From contig JAWMAR010000085.1 of assembly GCA_036785375.1 (NCBI GenBank), positions 7,626,001-7,690,000 on the forward strand: a DNA stretch of 64,000 nucleotides, given 5' to 3'. Below the pieces are notes generated by a model that saw nothing but the letters and a program-made list of their open reading frames with translations, was not told the DNA's origin and did no database searches. The translations under genes and the position numbers were made by a program. Positions 23,386 through 35,192 of this stretch are shown here, one piece after another. The DNA comes from Leucoraja ocellata. Its lineage: Eukaryota. Numbering within the stretch: the stretch's first letter is position 1; each line of letters opens with the position of its first letter.

Positions 23386-26210
23386 AAATTAAACACTCTG
23401 TGCTTTGCTCAGAGTCCGCCATCTACAAAAGCTAAAGGTTTAGGTAATGGTGTCAGCAACACTCGAGCTTGTGAAATGCTAGTGAACATGTTACTCATTG
23501 AGTCCTGATGTTCCACATACAGCCCCTTGTACCAACACCTACAGTCTTGAGGGCAAGGAATTGTTAATCAAAAAATATTGTATTAGGCGTAGCCCAGCAA
23601 GATTAGACATTTTGGAATAGTGTCAAGTTCATTGCCCATATATATGGGTTAGGGTTATTATTGTGTAAGAAAGAACTGCAGATGCTGGTTTAAATCAAAG
23701 ATAGACACCGAATGCTGGAGTAACTCAGCGGGTGAGGCTGCATCTCTGGAGAGAAGGAATGGGTGACGTATCGGGTCGAGACAATTCTTCAGACTATTGT
23801 CACGTGTACTTAGATATAGGGAAAAGCTTTTGTTTGCTTTCAATCCAAACAAATCGGATCACGCCATATACATGAGTACAATCAAGCCAAATGTAAATAT
23901 AACCAGTAGAGCAGAGAGAAAAATACCACAGTGCAGAATACAGTTTACAGCATTGTAGCATTACTGTTACAGAGATAAATTGGGTAGCGATGAATCGGGC
24001 AGTTTCCTAGCTTATGGAAGGACCGCTCAGAAGTCTGATAATGGTGGGAAAGAAGCTGTTCCTGAGTCTGGTGGTGCTCGCTTTCAAGCTTCTGTATTTT
24101 CTGTCGGACAGGAGCAGGAGAAGGAATGACCAGGGTGGGACAAGGACAAGTCTTGGATTATGTTGGCTGCTTTCCCAAGGCAGTATGAAGAGTAAATAGT
24201 AGTGTAAATAGCTCATGTATAGATGGTCTCTATACAGTCCAATAACTGATATCGATTAACACAGTAAATGATAGACATTTCCCTAACCCAATAATACAGT
24301 GATTAATACAATGTATCTGACAAAGTTTCTAGATGCAGTTTAACAGAGATGAATTATGCAACATATGCCTTGATATTCAAGAAACCCAGACAAGGTTCAA
24401 CACTTAACCCAATCAACATCGAGCAAAGCTTTACAACAGTATTTACAATGTGTATGCCTGGTTTGCATTCATCCAATCCGTTTCATGCAATTTACACCTA
24501 ATTGTCAAAATCTGCAGATGTTCCATTCTCTTTCTGCAACTCTTATCTAGCCTCAAGACAAGCTGGCACCACTCTGCAGCTTGTTCCATTTCTGCAGAAG
24601 GCACATTTAAATTGACCAAATGGCCTAGCAGCCCAGAAGCCTTTACTCAATTTTAGTGTCCTGGCAGCTCCAATTTGGCCAGAATTAACAGTAGGGAGAT
24701 TGGTCTGTGTGATGGACTGAGCTACATCCATAACTCTCTGCAATTTCCTGTGGTCTTAGGCAGAGCTGTTTACCAAGCCAAGCTGTGATGCAACCTGCCC
24801 ATGGAACCTCTCCTGCCTGTTGCTTTGCACTGATGATCAGCGGGGTGATTAATGGATGTGAATCACCGAAACCTTTGATTTCAATGCGAATTACCTTGCG
24901 ACAAGTGACGGTACTTTGGTGCAGCGGGTAGTGCCGCTGCCTCACAGCGCCAGACACCTGGGTTCCACCCTGACCACAATGTTGTATGTGCAGGCAGTTT
25001 GCACATTCTCTCACGGGTCACACGGGTTTTCTTCCACATCCCAAAGACGTGCGGGGTTGAAGGTTAATTGCTCTTCTGTAAATCACCCCTTAGTGTGCAG
25101 GGATTGGACAAGAGAGGGTGATAACATAGAACCAGCATCTGTGGAGAGAATGGGCAGGGAACGTTTTGGGTTGGGACCCTTCTTCAGACTTTATTGCAGT
25201 GATGGAGGAGAGCTGGAAAGAGAGATGGGGGTGGGACAAAACCTTCCAAGTGATAGGAAGGCAGATGCTAATTTACAAAGAAAAGACACAAAATTGCTGA
25301 AGTAATTCAGCAGGTGTGGCAGCATCTCTGGACAACATGGATACGTCATGTTTTAGATTGAAGAAGGGTCCCGACCTGAAACATCACCTATCTATGTTCT
25401 CCAGCGACGCTGTCTGACCCGCTGAATTACTCCAGTATTTTGTGCCTTTCCTTGGTAAACCAGCATCTGCGGTTCTTTGTTTCTGCAAGTGACGAGGTGT
25501 TTGATTGGCAGATGGGTGGAGTAAGTGTCAATGGTTAGAGATGAAAAGAGGGCAAAGGGTAGACACAAAGCTGGAGTAACTCAGCGGGTCAGGCAGCATC
25601 TCTGGAGAAAGGAAATAGGTGACGTTTCGGGTCGAGAACCTTCTTCAGGGGGAGAGGAAGATTAGAGGTACAAAAAGGTACAGAACAAATCGGAGCCGGC
25701 AACGATGACCCAGGAAAGATGGACACAAACAGATCAATTCAAATTGACTGAGAAAAACGTAACAATGCCAAACGGTGTTAAATAACATTGCTAAGGTGCT
25801 GTAAGTCTGGAAACTTTTACGTAGTGTGTACAATAGATGAATAATTCCCAACAGCTAACATTATTTGGGGTCAAGGACTCCATAAAGTTGTTTGATTCTT
25901 GGCACAGAAATTATTTAAAGTCATCACGATAATATGTAACATTTGGCAGTTTTGATAAAACCGCATGATTTATAGGTGGGCTGCTTCATGTTCATGGATT
26001 ATCTCACAGTTCTACTTGGGAGCGGCACAGTTCAAGGTTGAGGCTTGATCATTGAATATAGAACAATGCAGCACAGGAACCGGCCCTTCCACCCACAATG
26101 TCCCTGCTGAACATGATGCCAAATTAAACTCATCTCCTCCACCTGCATATGATCCACATCCCTCCATTCCCTCTGTCTCTCCAAAAGCCTTTTAAACACC
26201 ACTATCATAT

Positions 26211-26694
26211 CAAGTCAAGTCAAGTTTATTTGTCACATACACATACGAGATGTGCAGTGAAATGAAAGTGGCAATGCTCGCGGACTTTTGTGCAAAAGAC
26301 AAACAACAAAACAACCAAACAAATTATAAACACAATCATAACACACATATTCTTTTACATAATAAATAATGGAAGGAAAAACGTTCTGTAGAGTTAGTCC
26401 CTGGTGAGATAGGCGTTTACAGTCCGAATGGCCTCTGGGAAGAAACTCCTTCTCAACCTCTCCGTTCTCACCGCATGGCAACGGAGGCGTTTGCCTGACC
26501 GTAGCAGCTGGAACAGTCCGTTGCAGGGGTGGAAGGGGTCTCCCATGATTTTATTTGCTCTGGAGTTGCACCTCCTGTTGTATAGTTCCTGCAGGGAGGT
26601 GAGTGAAGTTCCCATAGTGCGTTCGGCCGAACGCGCTACTCTCTGCAGAGCCTTCTTGTCCTTGGCAGAGCAATTCCCAAACCAGATGGTAATG
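26211..26694 (-). mobile_element. Rex1/Babar LINE 3' fragment (same young subfamily as 10551)
   Basis: ITIWFGNCSAKDKKALQRV...SFFPEAIR; near-identical to 10551-10995 including the 3'UTR and tail. Confidence 0.88.
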
Positions 26695-27595
26695 TCTGCT
26701 CCCACACCACCCCTGGCAGTGCGTTCCAAGCACCCCCTACTTTCAGATTGATGAAGAGTCTCGATCCGAAATATCACCTATTTTTTCAGGAGGGATGCTG
26801 CCTGACCTGCTGAGTTACTCCAGCACTTTGTGTCTATCTTTGATTTAAACCAGCATCTGCTGCTCTTTGTTTCTACCCACCACCTTCTGTGTGTAAAAAT
26901 AAAAAAAATACTTGCCTTGCAGTCTTCCTTTAAACTTTGCCCCTCTCACCTTAAAGCTATGTGCTCTAGTCTGCGACATTTCCATCCTGAGAAAAAGGTT
27001 CTGACTGTCTACCCTATCTAAACCTCTCATAATTTTAAAGACTTCTGTTAGGTCTCCCATCGAACTCTGCTTCAGAGAAAACAATCCCATAGAACATTTT
27101 AGCTTTCATTGGTGGTTGTCATAGTATGTAGCAAGTGTCATGGGATTTCTACTGATAAGTAATATTGTCTAAAGAAGGGTTTTGACCCGAAATGTCACCT
27201 ATTCCTCTTCTCCCGAGATGCTGTCTGACCCGCTGAGTTAGTCCAGCACTTTGTGTATATATTCAGTAAAAGTACTAAATCTGGAAATACTCAGCAGATC
27301 AGGCAGCATCTATGGAGAGAATGAAGCAGGGTTATTTTCCGAGTCGATGGTCTTTTATCAGAACTGGGAATGATTCCAGATGGAGACACAAGGACCTGGA
27401 GATGGTGGAATCTTTAAACCGGGAACTCTGGTTCCTCCCACATCCCAAAGATGTACAGGTTTGTAAGTTAATTGGCCTGGATTTAAAATAAAATGTAAAT
27501 TGTCCCTAGTGTGTAGGATAGTGTTAGTGTACAGGGCGATCATTGGTTGTCGTGGACTTGGTGGGACTCGGGCTCCAAAACAAGGAACAGGAGAT

Positions 27596-27778
27596 ACACA
27601 AAAATGCTGGAGAAACTCAGCGGGTGCAGCAGCATCTATGGAGCGAAGGAAATAGGCAACGTTTCGGCCCGAAACGTTGCCTATTTCCTTCGCTCCATAG
27701 ATGCTGCTGCACCCGCTGAGTTTCTCCAGCATTTTTGTGTACCTTCGATTTTCCAGCATCTGCAGTTCCTTCTTAAAC
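27596..27778. mobile_element. Fold-back Penelope pLTR insertion (73-bp perfect palindrome arms) with 16-bp TSD
   Basis: Arms 27595-27667 and 27669-27741; ACAAGGAACAGGAGAT at 27580-27595 and 27779-27794. Confidence 0.85.
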
Positions 27779-27824
27779 ACAAGGAACAGGAGATGATGGT
27801 TTGCAACAGGGGGATGAATTGGCA

Positions 27825-28536
27825 AGCAGCTCAACATCTTCAGATAATCAGCATTTCAATTCCACATTTTCAGTTCACGCTCTATGTTTCTATAGTAATA
27901 CCAGATAATCATTCCACACCTACACCTCCTCCAGACTACACTCTATTCCCATTACCACCGCTTTTTACTTTGCACCTCAGTTTTCACTCATTTAAATCTC
28001 CGACCTTCCGCCCAGTCCCGTAAATTAATTTAACCTGGGAATTATGCCATCAAGTGTCGGCCAATGCCATTGGTCCCGGCGCTAAACTCAGCCTGCCCAT
28101 GCAGCCCGAATTGGTGGAGTAACTCTGCAGCTCAGGCTGCATCTGTGGAGGGGATGGACAGGTGTTATTTTGGGATGGGACCAATGGCATTGGCCGACAA
28201 TTTCCGGAAGTGGGCGGAAGGTCGGAAATTTAAACGACGAGAGTAAAATGACGTGCAAAGTGAAAGGTGATGGTATTGGGATTAGTGTGTAGTCTGGAGG
28301 AGGTGTAGGTGTGGAGTGATTATCTCGTATTACTATAGAAACATGGAGCGTCAACTGAAAATGTGGAATTGAAATACTGATTATCTGAAGAAAGTCTCGA
28401 CCCGAAACGTCACCTATGCCTTCGCTCCGTAGATGCTGCCTCACCCGCTGAGTTTCTCCAGCATTTTTGTCTACCTTCGATTTTTCCAGCATCTGCAGTT
28501 CTTTCTTGACCGATTATCTGAAAATGTTGAGCTGCT
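27825..28536. mobile_element. Long-inverted-repeat MITE/foldback element carrying nested Penelope fragments
   Basis: 27825-28025 is the imperfect reverse complement of 28199-28389 plus 28512-28536. Inner IR TGTCGGCCAATGCCATTGGTCCC / GGGACCAATGGCATTGGCCGACA. The insert at 28390-28511 is flanked by GATTATCTGAA. Confidence 0.75.
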
Positions 28537-29644
28537 AGTCGAATCCTGGAGAGTGAGGTGTCCAGTTGGAACTTGAGATGAAGGGTCCCGACCCGTAACA
28601 TCGCCGGTCCATGTTCTCCAGAGATGCTTTCTGACCTGCTGAGTTAGTTTAGTTTATTGTACCGAGGAACAGTGAAAAGCCTTTGTGTTGCATGCTATGC
28701 AGTCAGCAGAAATTCTACATAATCACGCCATCCACAGTGGCGGATGGGGTGGCACAGTGGCGCAACTGGTAGAGCTGCTGCCTCATGGTGCGGGAGACCC
28801 AGGTTCGATTCTGACCTCGGGTGCTGTCCCCACAGCCATCAGGCTATTAAACTTAATGCATTTCGTTGTCTCTGTACTGTACACTGACAATGACAATTAA
28901 AATTGAATCTGAATCACAGTGTACAGATAAAGGGTGTGGCGTTCTGTTCAGCAAAGTTACTCGAGCACTTTGTCTTTTTGGTAATACAGCATTTGCAAGG
29001 TTTCAAGGTCAGTGTATTGTCAGATGTACCAATTAAGGTACAGTGAAATTCAAATTACCTTTGCAGTTCCTTGTGTCTACATTTTGCTGTTAGACTTGAG
29101 ACTTTAGAGATACTGTGTGGAAACGGGCCCTTTGGCCCAACAAGTCCATGCTGACCAGCGATCAACCCGTAGACTAACCCTATCCTACATACGAGGGACA
29201 ATTTTACAACTTAATGAAACCAATTAACCTACAAATTTGTACTTTGAGTGTGGGAGGAAGCCGGAGCACCCGGAGAAAACCTACGCTGTCAAAGGGAAAA
29301 CATGCAAACTCTGTACAGACAGCACCCGAGGATTGAACCTGGGTCTGTGGTGCCGCAAGGCTGCATCTCTACCACTGTGCCCTTCCTCAAGCTTCATTTG
29401 GGATGCTGAGTATAAAAAAACATAGAACACAGAACAGGAACAGGCCCCTTGGGCCACAATATATGTGCTAAATATGATGCCAAGAGCTGCCTGCACTTGC
29501 TCCATGTCTCTCCACTCCCTGCATAGCCATGTGCCCATCCAAAGGTGTATTAAATGCCGCTATCATATGCATTTATTTTATTTATTTTTTTTGCTAACTG
29601 TCACTTAAAATTCTGACTGTCTACCCTATCTGTATATCTTATAT

Positions 29645-30170
29645 TTTATAAACTGTTGTAGATGTAGCCCAGTCCATCACATTGAGCAAACTCCCCACCA
29701 TTGACTCTATGACTCCATCCACACAACACTGCTTTGGAAAAACAGCCAACATAATCAAAGACCTATCCCACCCCTGGTCATTCTTTCTCCCCGCAAGCGT
29801 CAGGCAGAAGGTGTAGATGCTTGAAAGCGTGCACCACCAGACTAAGGAACAGCTTCTTCCCCTCAGCTATCAGGCTTCTGAACAATCCTTCTATATGCTC
29901 GGGTACTGTTCTTTTCAACTCCACCCCATTGCGGACATTGGACTCTGTCTCTGGAACTGATGCGCTACAATGCTGAGAACTACATTCTGCACTCTGTACC
30001 TTCCCCTTTGCTCTACTTATTGTGCTTGAGTTTGACCTGATTGTGTATGGTATTATCTGATCTTTTTGGATAGCATGCAAAACAAAATGTTGTATTGTCT
30101 TTCTGCTGACTGGTTAGCACGCAACAAAAGCTTTTCATCGTACCTCGGTACATGTGACAATAATAAATCT
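29645..30170 (+). mobile_element. Older Rex1/Babar-type fragment
   Basis: IIKDLSHP..HS...TTRLRNSFFPSAIRLLN-like coding plus a 3'UTR ending ...GTGACAATAATAAA. Confidence 0.75.
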
Positions 30171-31508
30171 TATCCTAAATATATCTCTATCAGACAACAG
30201 AATTTCATGCTGAGACATATGACAACTGATGTGTAGGAAGAAACCGCAGATGCTGGTATTGACACAAAATGCTGGAGTAACTCCGCTCTCGACCCAAAAC
30301 GTCACCTATTCTTTTTCTCCAGAGATGCTGCCTGACCCATTGAATTACTCCAGCTTTTTGTGTCTATCATATGACAATTAAGCTCTCTTGATGAAGAAAT
30401 GAGCATGAATTCAATTGTGAATAATGTGGGTTTGGCCCACTGTTTAAAACATGAGATGTGTTAAATATTCACACGTGGGGGGCAGGGGGGGCTATGCGAG
30501 ATCCTAATAAATATTTTGATTGCTGCCCATTTGTTTCCACCTTAGTGTGTGCTTGGAACTTGCACAAGTCACGATTCTGCTCCTTATTAGTTATATCCAT
30601 TACTATGTGGAATTGTGAATTTGGTCTCTGGAGACGTGCGTGTCATTTGGGTTGGCTGCTTGCTTTAATCGATCTTCCATTTCTCACTAATGAGAAGGTC
30701 TAATTATACATTTTGATGCTACGCGCCTGTCAGCTCCATTTTGCTGTGCAGTGCGGTGGAAGGGAGATTCGGGACCACTTTTAGGTAACAGCTGTCACAC
30801 AGCTGTCGAAGCAATATTAAAGGCTCTTTTATCTGCTTTACTTGGAAGTCTTGCTCTTCATCAACTAAGACAAACCACCATCAAACTGCCTCCTTTAGTT
30901 ACAGCATGCAAACGACCTACCACACGTGACATTGTTGGCTCATAGAACACAGTGCAGTATAGGAACGGGCCATTCGGCCCACAGTGTTTGTGCTGAATGT
31001 GATGCTAAGTTAGACTGATCTCATCTGCCAGTACATGATTCATATCCCTCTATTCCCTTCATTTCCATGTAATCTATTAATAAACCTCTTAAATACCACT
31101 ATGGTATCTGTCTCCACCACCACCCCAGGCCCCCTCCACTCTCAATGCAAAAACAAACTTACACATTTCCATTAAACGTTCCCCCTCTTCCCAACAATGA
31201 ACAGGCTCTTGAACACTACACAACACTAACATCAGTTAAACTACCAATTGTCTTTGGTTGTAATAAGAACTTTGGGCTTTTTAGCATTAATATTGTGATT
31301 ATTACCTTATTGAAGTTTTGTTTTTTATACATTACCTACATGTATTGTGTTTACAGGCCTGTTGTGTTGCTGCAAATAAGTACTGTCAGTAAATATAACA
31401 ATTAAACACAGCCATCAATGGACCATTGTGGGCTCCTTGGCCATCGGTGCAGGCTCTGATTTGTTCTGCACCTTTTCCATTCCTCTAGTTTCCCTCTCCG
31501 TTGTCTCT

Positions 31509-31540
31509 GTCTGAAGAAGGGTCTCGACCTGAAACGTCAC
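31509..31540 (+). ncRNA. Minimal type I hammerhead ribozyme motif in a Penelope pLTR fragment (31410-31640)
   Basis: GT-CTGAAGA-A-GGGT-CTCG-ACCT-GAAA-CG-TC-AC: CUGANGA and GAAA cores, stem II, palindromic ACGT stem III, GUC cleavage triplet, 2-bp stem I. Confidence 0.6.
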
Positions 31541-34084
31541 CAATTCCTTTCTCCAGAGACGCTGTTTGACCCACTGAGTTACTCCAGCATTTTGTGTCTA
31601 TTTTTAGTGTAAACCATCATCTGCATCATCCTTCCTACCAAGTTGGAATATCACCAAAACCTTTGGCATTTGATTCAGTAATCAACCATCTGTATGTCAG
31701 CTAGAGAGTGCGTTAACTTAGATTCAAGGAGCTGCAGATGCTGGTTTACAAAAAAAGACATGGTTTCAAGGTCAATCTATTGTTACATGTACCAATCAAG
31801 GTACGTTGACTTTCCAATGACCATACAGCCATACTTAAAAAAAGACACACAACTACATAAAAATTAACATAAACATCGACCACAGCAGATTCCTGACTGT
31901 GATGGAAGGCAGAAAAGTTCATCTTCTTCCTCTTTTATTCTCCCGTGGTTGGGCCAGTCGAACCATCCGCAGTCGGGGCGATCGAAGGACCTGCGACTTG
32001 GGAGCTCCCAAAAGTTGGTCTCTAACTAGATACCGCGAGCTCAGTGATGTTCAAGTCCTCAGGCACCCACAGTTGCATCCTGTGCTACACTGTTCTATGT
32101 TCTACATACCAGGTTGTCAGTAAAGCAAGTACTGCTGTACATTGGAGGTGAGATTTTTGTGCTGAAGGTAATTAGTTTAGAGATACAGTGTGGATGCAGG
32201 TCCTTCGGCCCATTGAGTCCACACCGACCATCGATCACCTTCTCCCTGTGACCGCCTGGGTTTTCCCTGGGTGCTCCGATCCCCCCCCATTAAACAGGCT
32301 TACAGGTTTGTAGATTAAATGGCTTTTGGTAAAGATTTACAAATTGTCCCTCGTGTGTAGGAGGATAGTGCTGTGTACGGGGTGATCCCTGGTCAGCGTG
32401 GGCCGAAGGGCCTATTTCCGTGATGTATCTGTAAACTAATCTAGTGTATGGGGCGACGGATGGTGGGTGTGGAATCAGTGGGTTGAAAGGCCTATCCCTG
32501 CAATGTATCTGTGAACTAGACAAAACAGGCCCTTGAAGTATATGGAGGATGGGTCGGCAAACTATCCCGACGGAGAAAGGCAACTAGTTCATTGTAGTAA
32601 CAGTCACAATGCAGTCACTGCAACAATCGAGAAACAAGATGAAAGAGAAGCGGGGAAGGATGTTCTGCAGCAAGGTCATCTCGTGTCAGTCAGATGATGC
32701 TGTTGTACTGTGCAAAATAAGTCGTGGGAAAGAATCTGATGACTACAGAGCTTCGGCTGTTTCCTGGACTGAATGGGGTGAATTGAGGTCGGGCTGGAAT
32801 GTAGAGACAACTCAAGGAGCTCAGACGTCCCATGAGTGATGGTTTGTTAGAACTGGACGTGTAGACGTCGGCTCCCTGCGTGTGACCAAAGGGAAGGACA
32901 GAGAGAAGGCAAAGCCTGTCTAGCTTCAGCTTGAATGTTTACCAGGAGTTTATTCCTTGGAGCGCAGGAGGATCAGGGTTGATCCTATAGCATTGTATAA
33001 GATCGTGAGGGGAATAGATAAGGTAACTGCACATGGATATGCAGGGAATGGAGGGATATGGATCACGTGTAGGCAGAGGAGATTAGTTTATCAGCATCAT
33101 GTTCAGCATGGACATTGTGGGTCAAAGGGCCTGTGCTGTGCTGTTCTATGTAGGTCTGAGGCAAAGAAAAAGATAATAAGCTAAGGAATAAAACAGAAGC
33201 AGAAACTATGGGAAAGGAAAAAAAAAATTGTGACTTTTTTTAGATTTCAGAGTAGATTTACAAGGATGTTGCCAGGACTCAAAGGCCTGAGCTCCAAGAA
33301 GAGGTTGGGCAGGATAGGAATTTATTCCTTGGGGTGTGGGAAGCTGAGGAGTGATCTTATAAAATCACAAGGAGAATATATAAGAGAATGTACTGAGTGT
33401 TTTACCAAGAGCAAGGAAATTGAGAACCAGAGGATATAGGTTTAAGGTGAGAGGGAAAAGATTTAATAGGAACCAAAGGGGCAACATTTTCCACACAAAA
33501 GGTGGTAGCTATATGTGGAACGAGCTGCCAGAGGAGGTAGTTGAGGCAGGTAATATAACAGTATTTAAAAGGTATTTGAATAGGTACATGGGTTTGTATA
33601 TGTTTAGAGGGATATGGGCCAAACACAAGCAGGTGGGACTAGTGTAGATAGGGCATCTTGGTTGGCATGTTGCAAGTTGGGCCTTATGCCCTGGATTGCT
33701 ATGTCAGGGTCCATGATGGTGAAAGAACAGAGACACGAGGATGAGGAGCCTCACGAAGGAATTAAAGAAGAAAAATATTTTAGATTTATGGTGTTTAGTA
33801 ACTTAAAGTGTGACTGGAAGTGCTGTTGTAGTTAATAAGTATTATTAGCCTCATATGATGTCCAGACTGCAGTCGATCTTCAGATGATATGTTATACAAC
33901 ATATTTATGGTTACACATAAACCAACAATTGTGCTCCAGGAAGCAAGATGAGAAGGAAAGTGGACTTGGGGGAAGTAAGGTATTGGAATTATCTCTATTT
34001 GCAATGGGTACTTAGAGATTTGAAGTTTAGCTAGTAGGTTAGAATATGGAGATATCTGAAGATGGTTCAGGCCTAGTTAATAAC

Positions 34085-34652
34085 TAGGGACAGAGTCCCC
34101 TGAATCCTCACCTCACACCCTATCGCCTGTTGCATACAGCACATGATCTCTGCCATTTTCGCCACCTCCAATGGGATCCCACCACGAGCCACATCCTTCC
34201 ATCTCCACCCCATTCCACTTTCTGCAGACACCGTTCCCTCCGCAGCTCCCTGGTTAACTCGTCCCTTCCCTTCCAAACCACCCCCTCCCCAGGTACTTTC
34301 CCCTGCAACCGCAGGAGATGCCTCGCCTATCCCTATACCTCCACCCTCGCCTCCATCCAGGGACCCCGACAGTCCTTTCAGGTGAGGCATAGGTTCACTT
34401 GCCCCTCCTCCAACCTCATCTACTGTATCCATTGTGGGCTCCCGCTCTCCTGGGCATCGGTGCCGACTCTGATTTGTTCTGAACCTTTTCATACCTCTAG
34501 TTTCCCTCCCCCCTGACTCTGTCTGAAGAAGGGTCTTCACCCAAAACATCACCAATTCCTTTTCTCCAGAGATTCTGTCTGACCCGCTGAGTTACTCAAG
34601 CGCTTTGTGTTTACCTTTGGTATAAACCAGCATCTGTAGTTCCTTCCTACGC
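34085..34652 (+). mobile_element. Penelope-like element (Neptune type): GIY-YIG fragment joined to the pLTR/3' region with a degenerate hammerhead
   Basis: ORF 34130-34516 contains GTFPCNRRRC..YT..SIQGPRQSFQVRHRFTCPSSNLIYCIHC (zinc finger and GIY-YIG start typical of Neptune PLEs), followed by the shared repeat CTGAAGAAGGGT...AGAGAT..TGACCCGCTGAGTTACTC. Confidence 0.85.
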
Positions 34653-34884
34653 AACCACAAATATGTTTGGTCTCGGGGCCCTAAACAGGAGAATGCTAGA
34701 ACCATGTGATGTATGGATATCTGCAGCAACTTTCCCTTGCATGCGTTTCCCTTTCATCGTTATGTTCCCTGCAGATTTCAATATCTGTGGGCTTCATGAA
34801 ATCTATCAAAGTCTTCTTAATCATCTTCAGATTGCACCATCTTTATCATAAAGTTGAGGCTACAACAACTGAACAATTCCACTG

Positions 34885-35192
34885 TCGCCAGGTGTACGGT
34901 GCAGACCATGTGGACTGGTTGCATCTTGGCCAAGTCCGGTAACTCAAACGCCCAGGAAAGACAGTGGTGGACACTGCCTGGTCCATCAGGGGTACAGACA
35001 TCCCCACCTCTGAAGGGATCTACCGGAGGTGCTGCCTCAAAGGTAGCCAGCATCATCAGAGACCCGTACCACCCTGGCCACACTCTCCTTTCACTCCTAC
35101 CAATGAGAAGAAGGCACAAGAGTCTGAAAACCGTGTCCACCAGGTTCAAGAACAGCTTCTTCACAGCAACCGCGAGGCTCTTGAACACTATC
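34885..35192 (+). mobile_element. Rex1/Babar-type fragment
   Basis: ASIIRDPYHPGHTLLSLLP..RRHKSLKTVSTRFKNSFF. Confidence 0.75.

Noticed and set aside
27358-28023. Two ~158-aa ORFs on opposite strands with near-identical peptide
   Set aside because: Artefact of the perfect palindrome at 27595-27741.
32736-32765. CTGATGA followed by a UUCG hairpin (possible hammerhead)
   Set aside because: No GAAA core after the stem and no stem I/III pairing.
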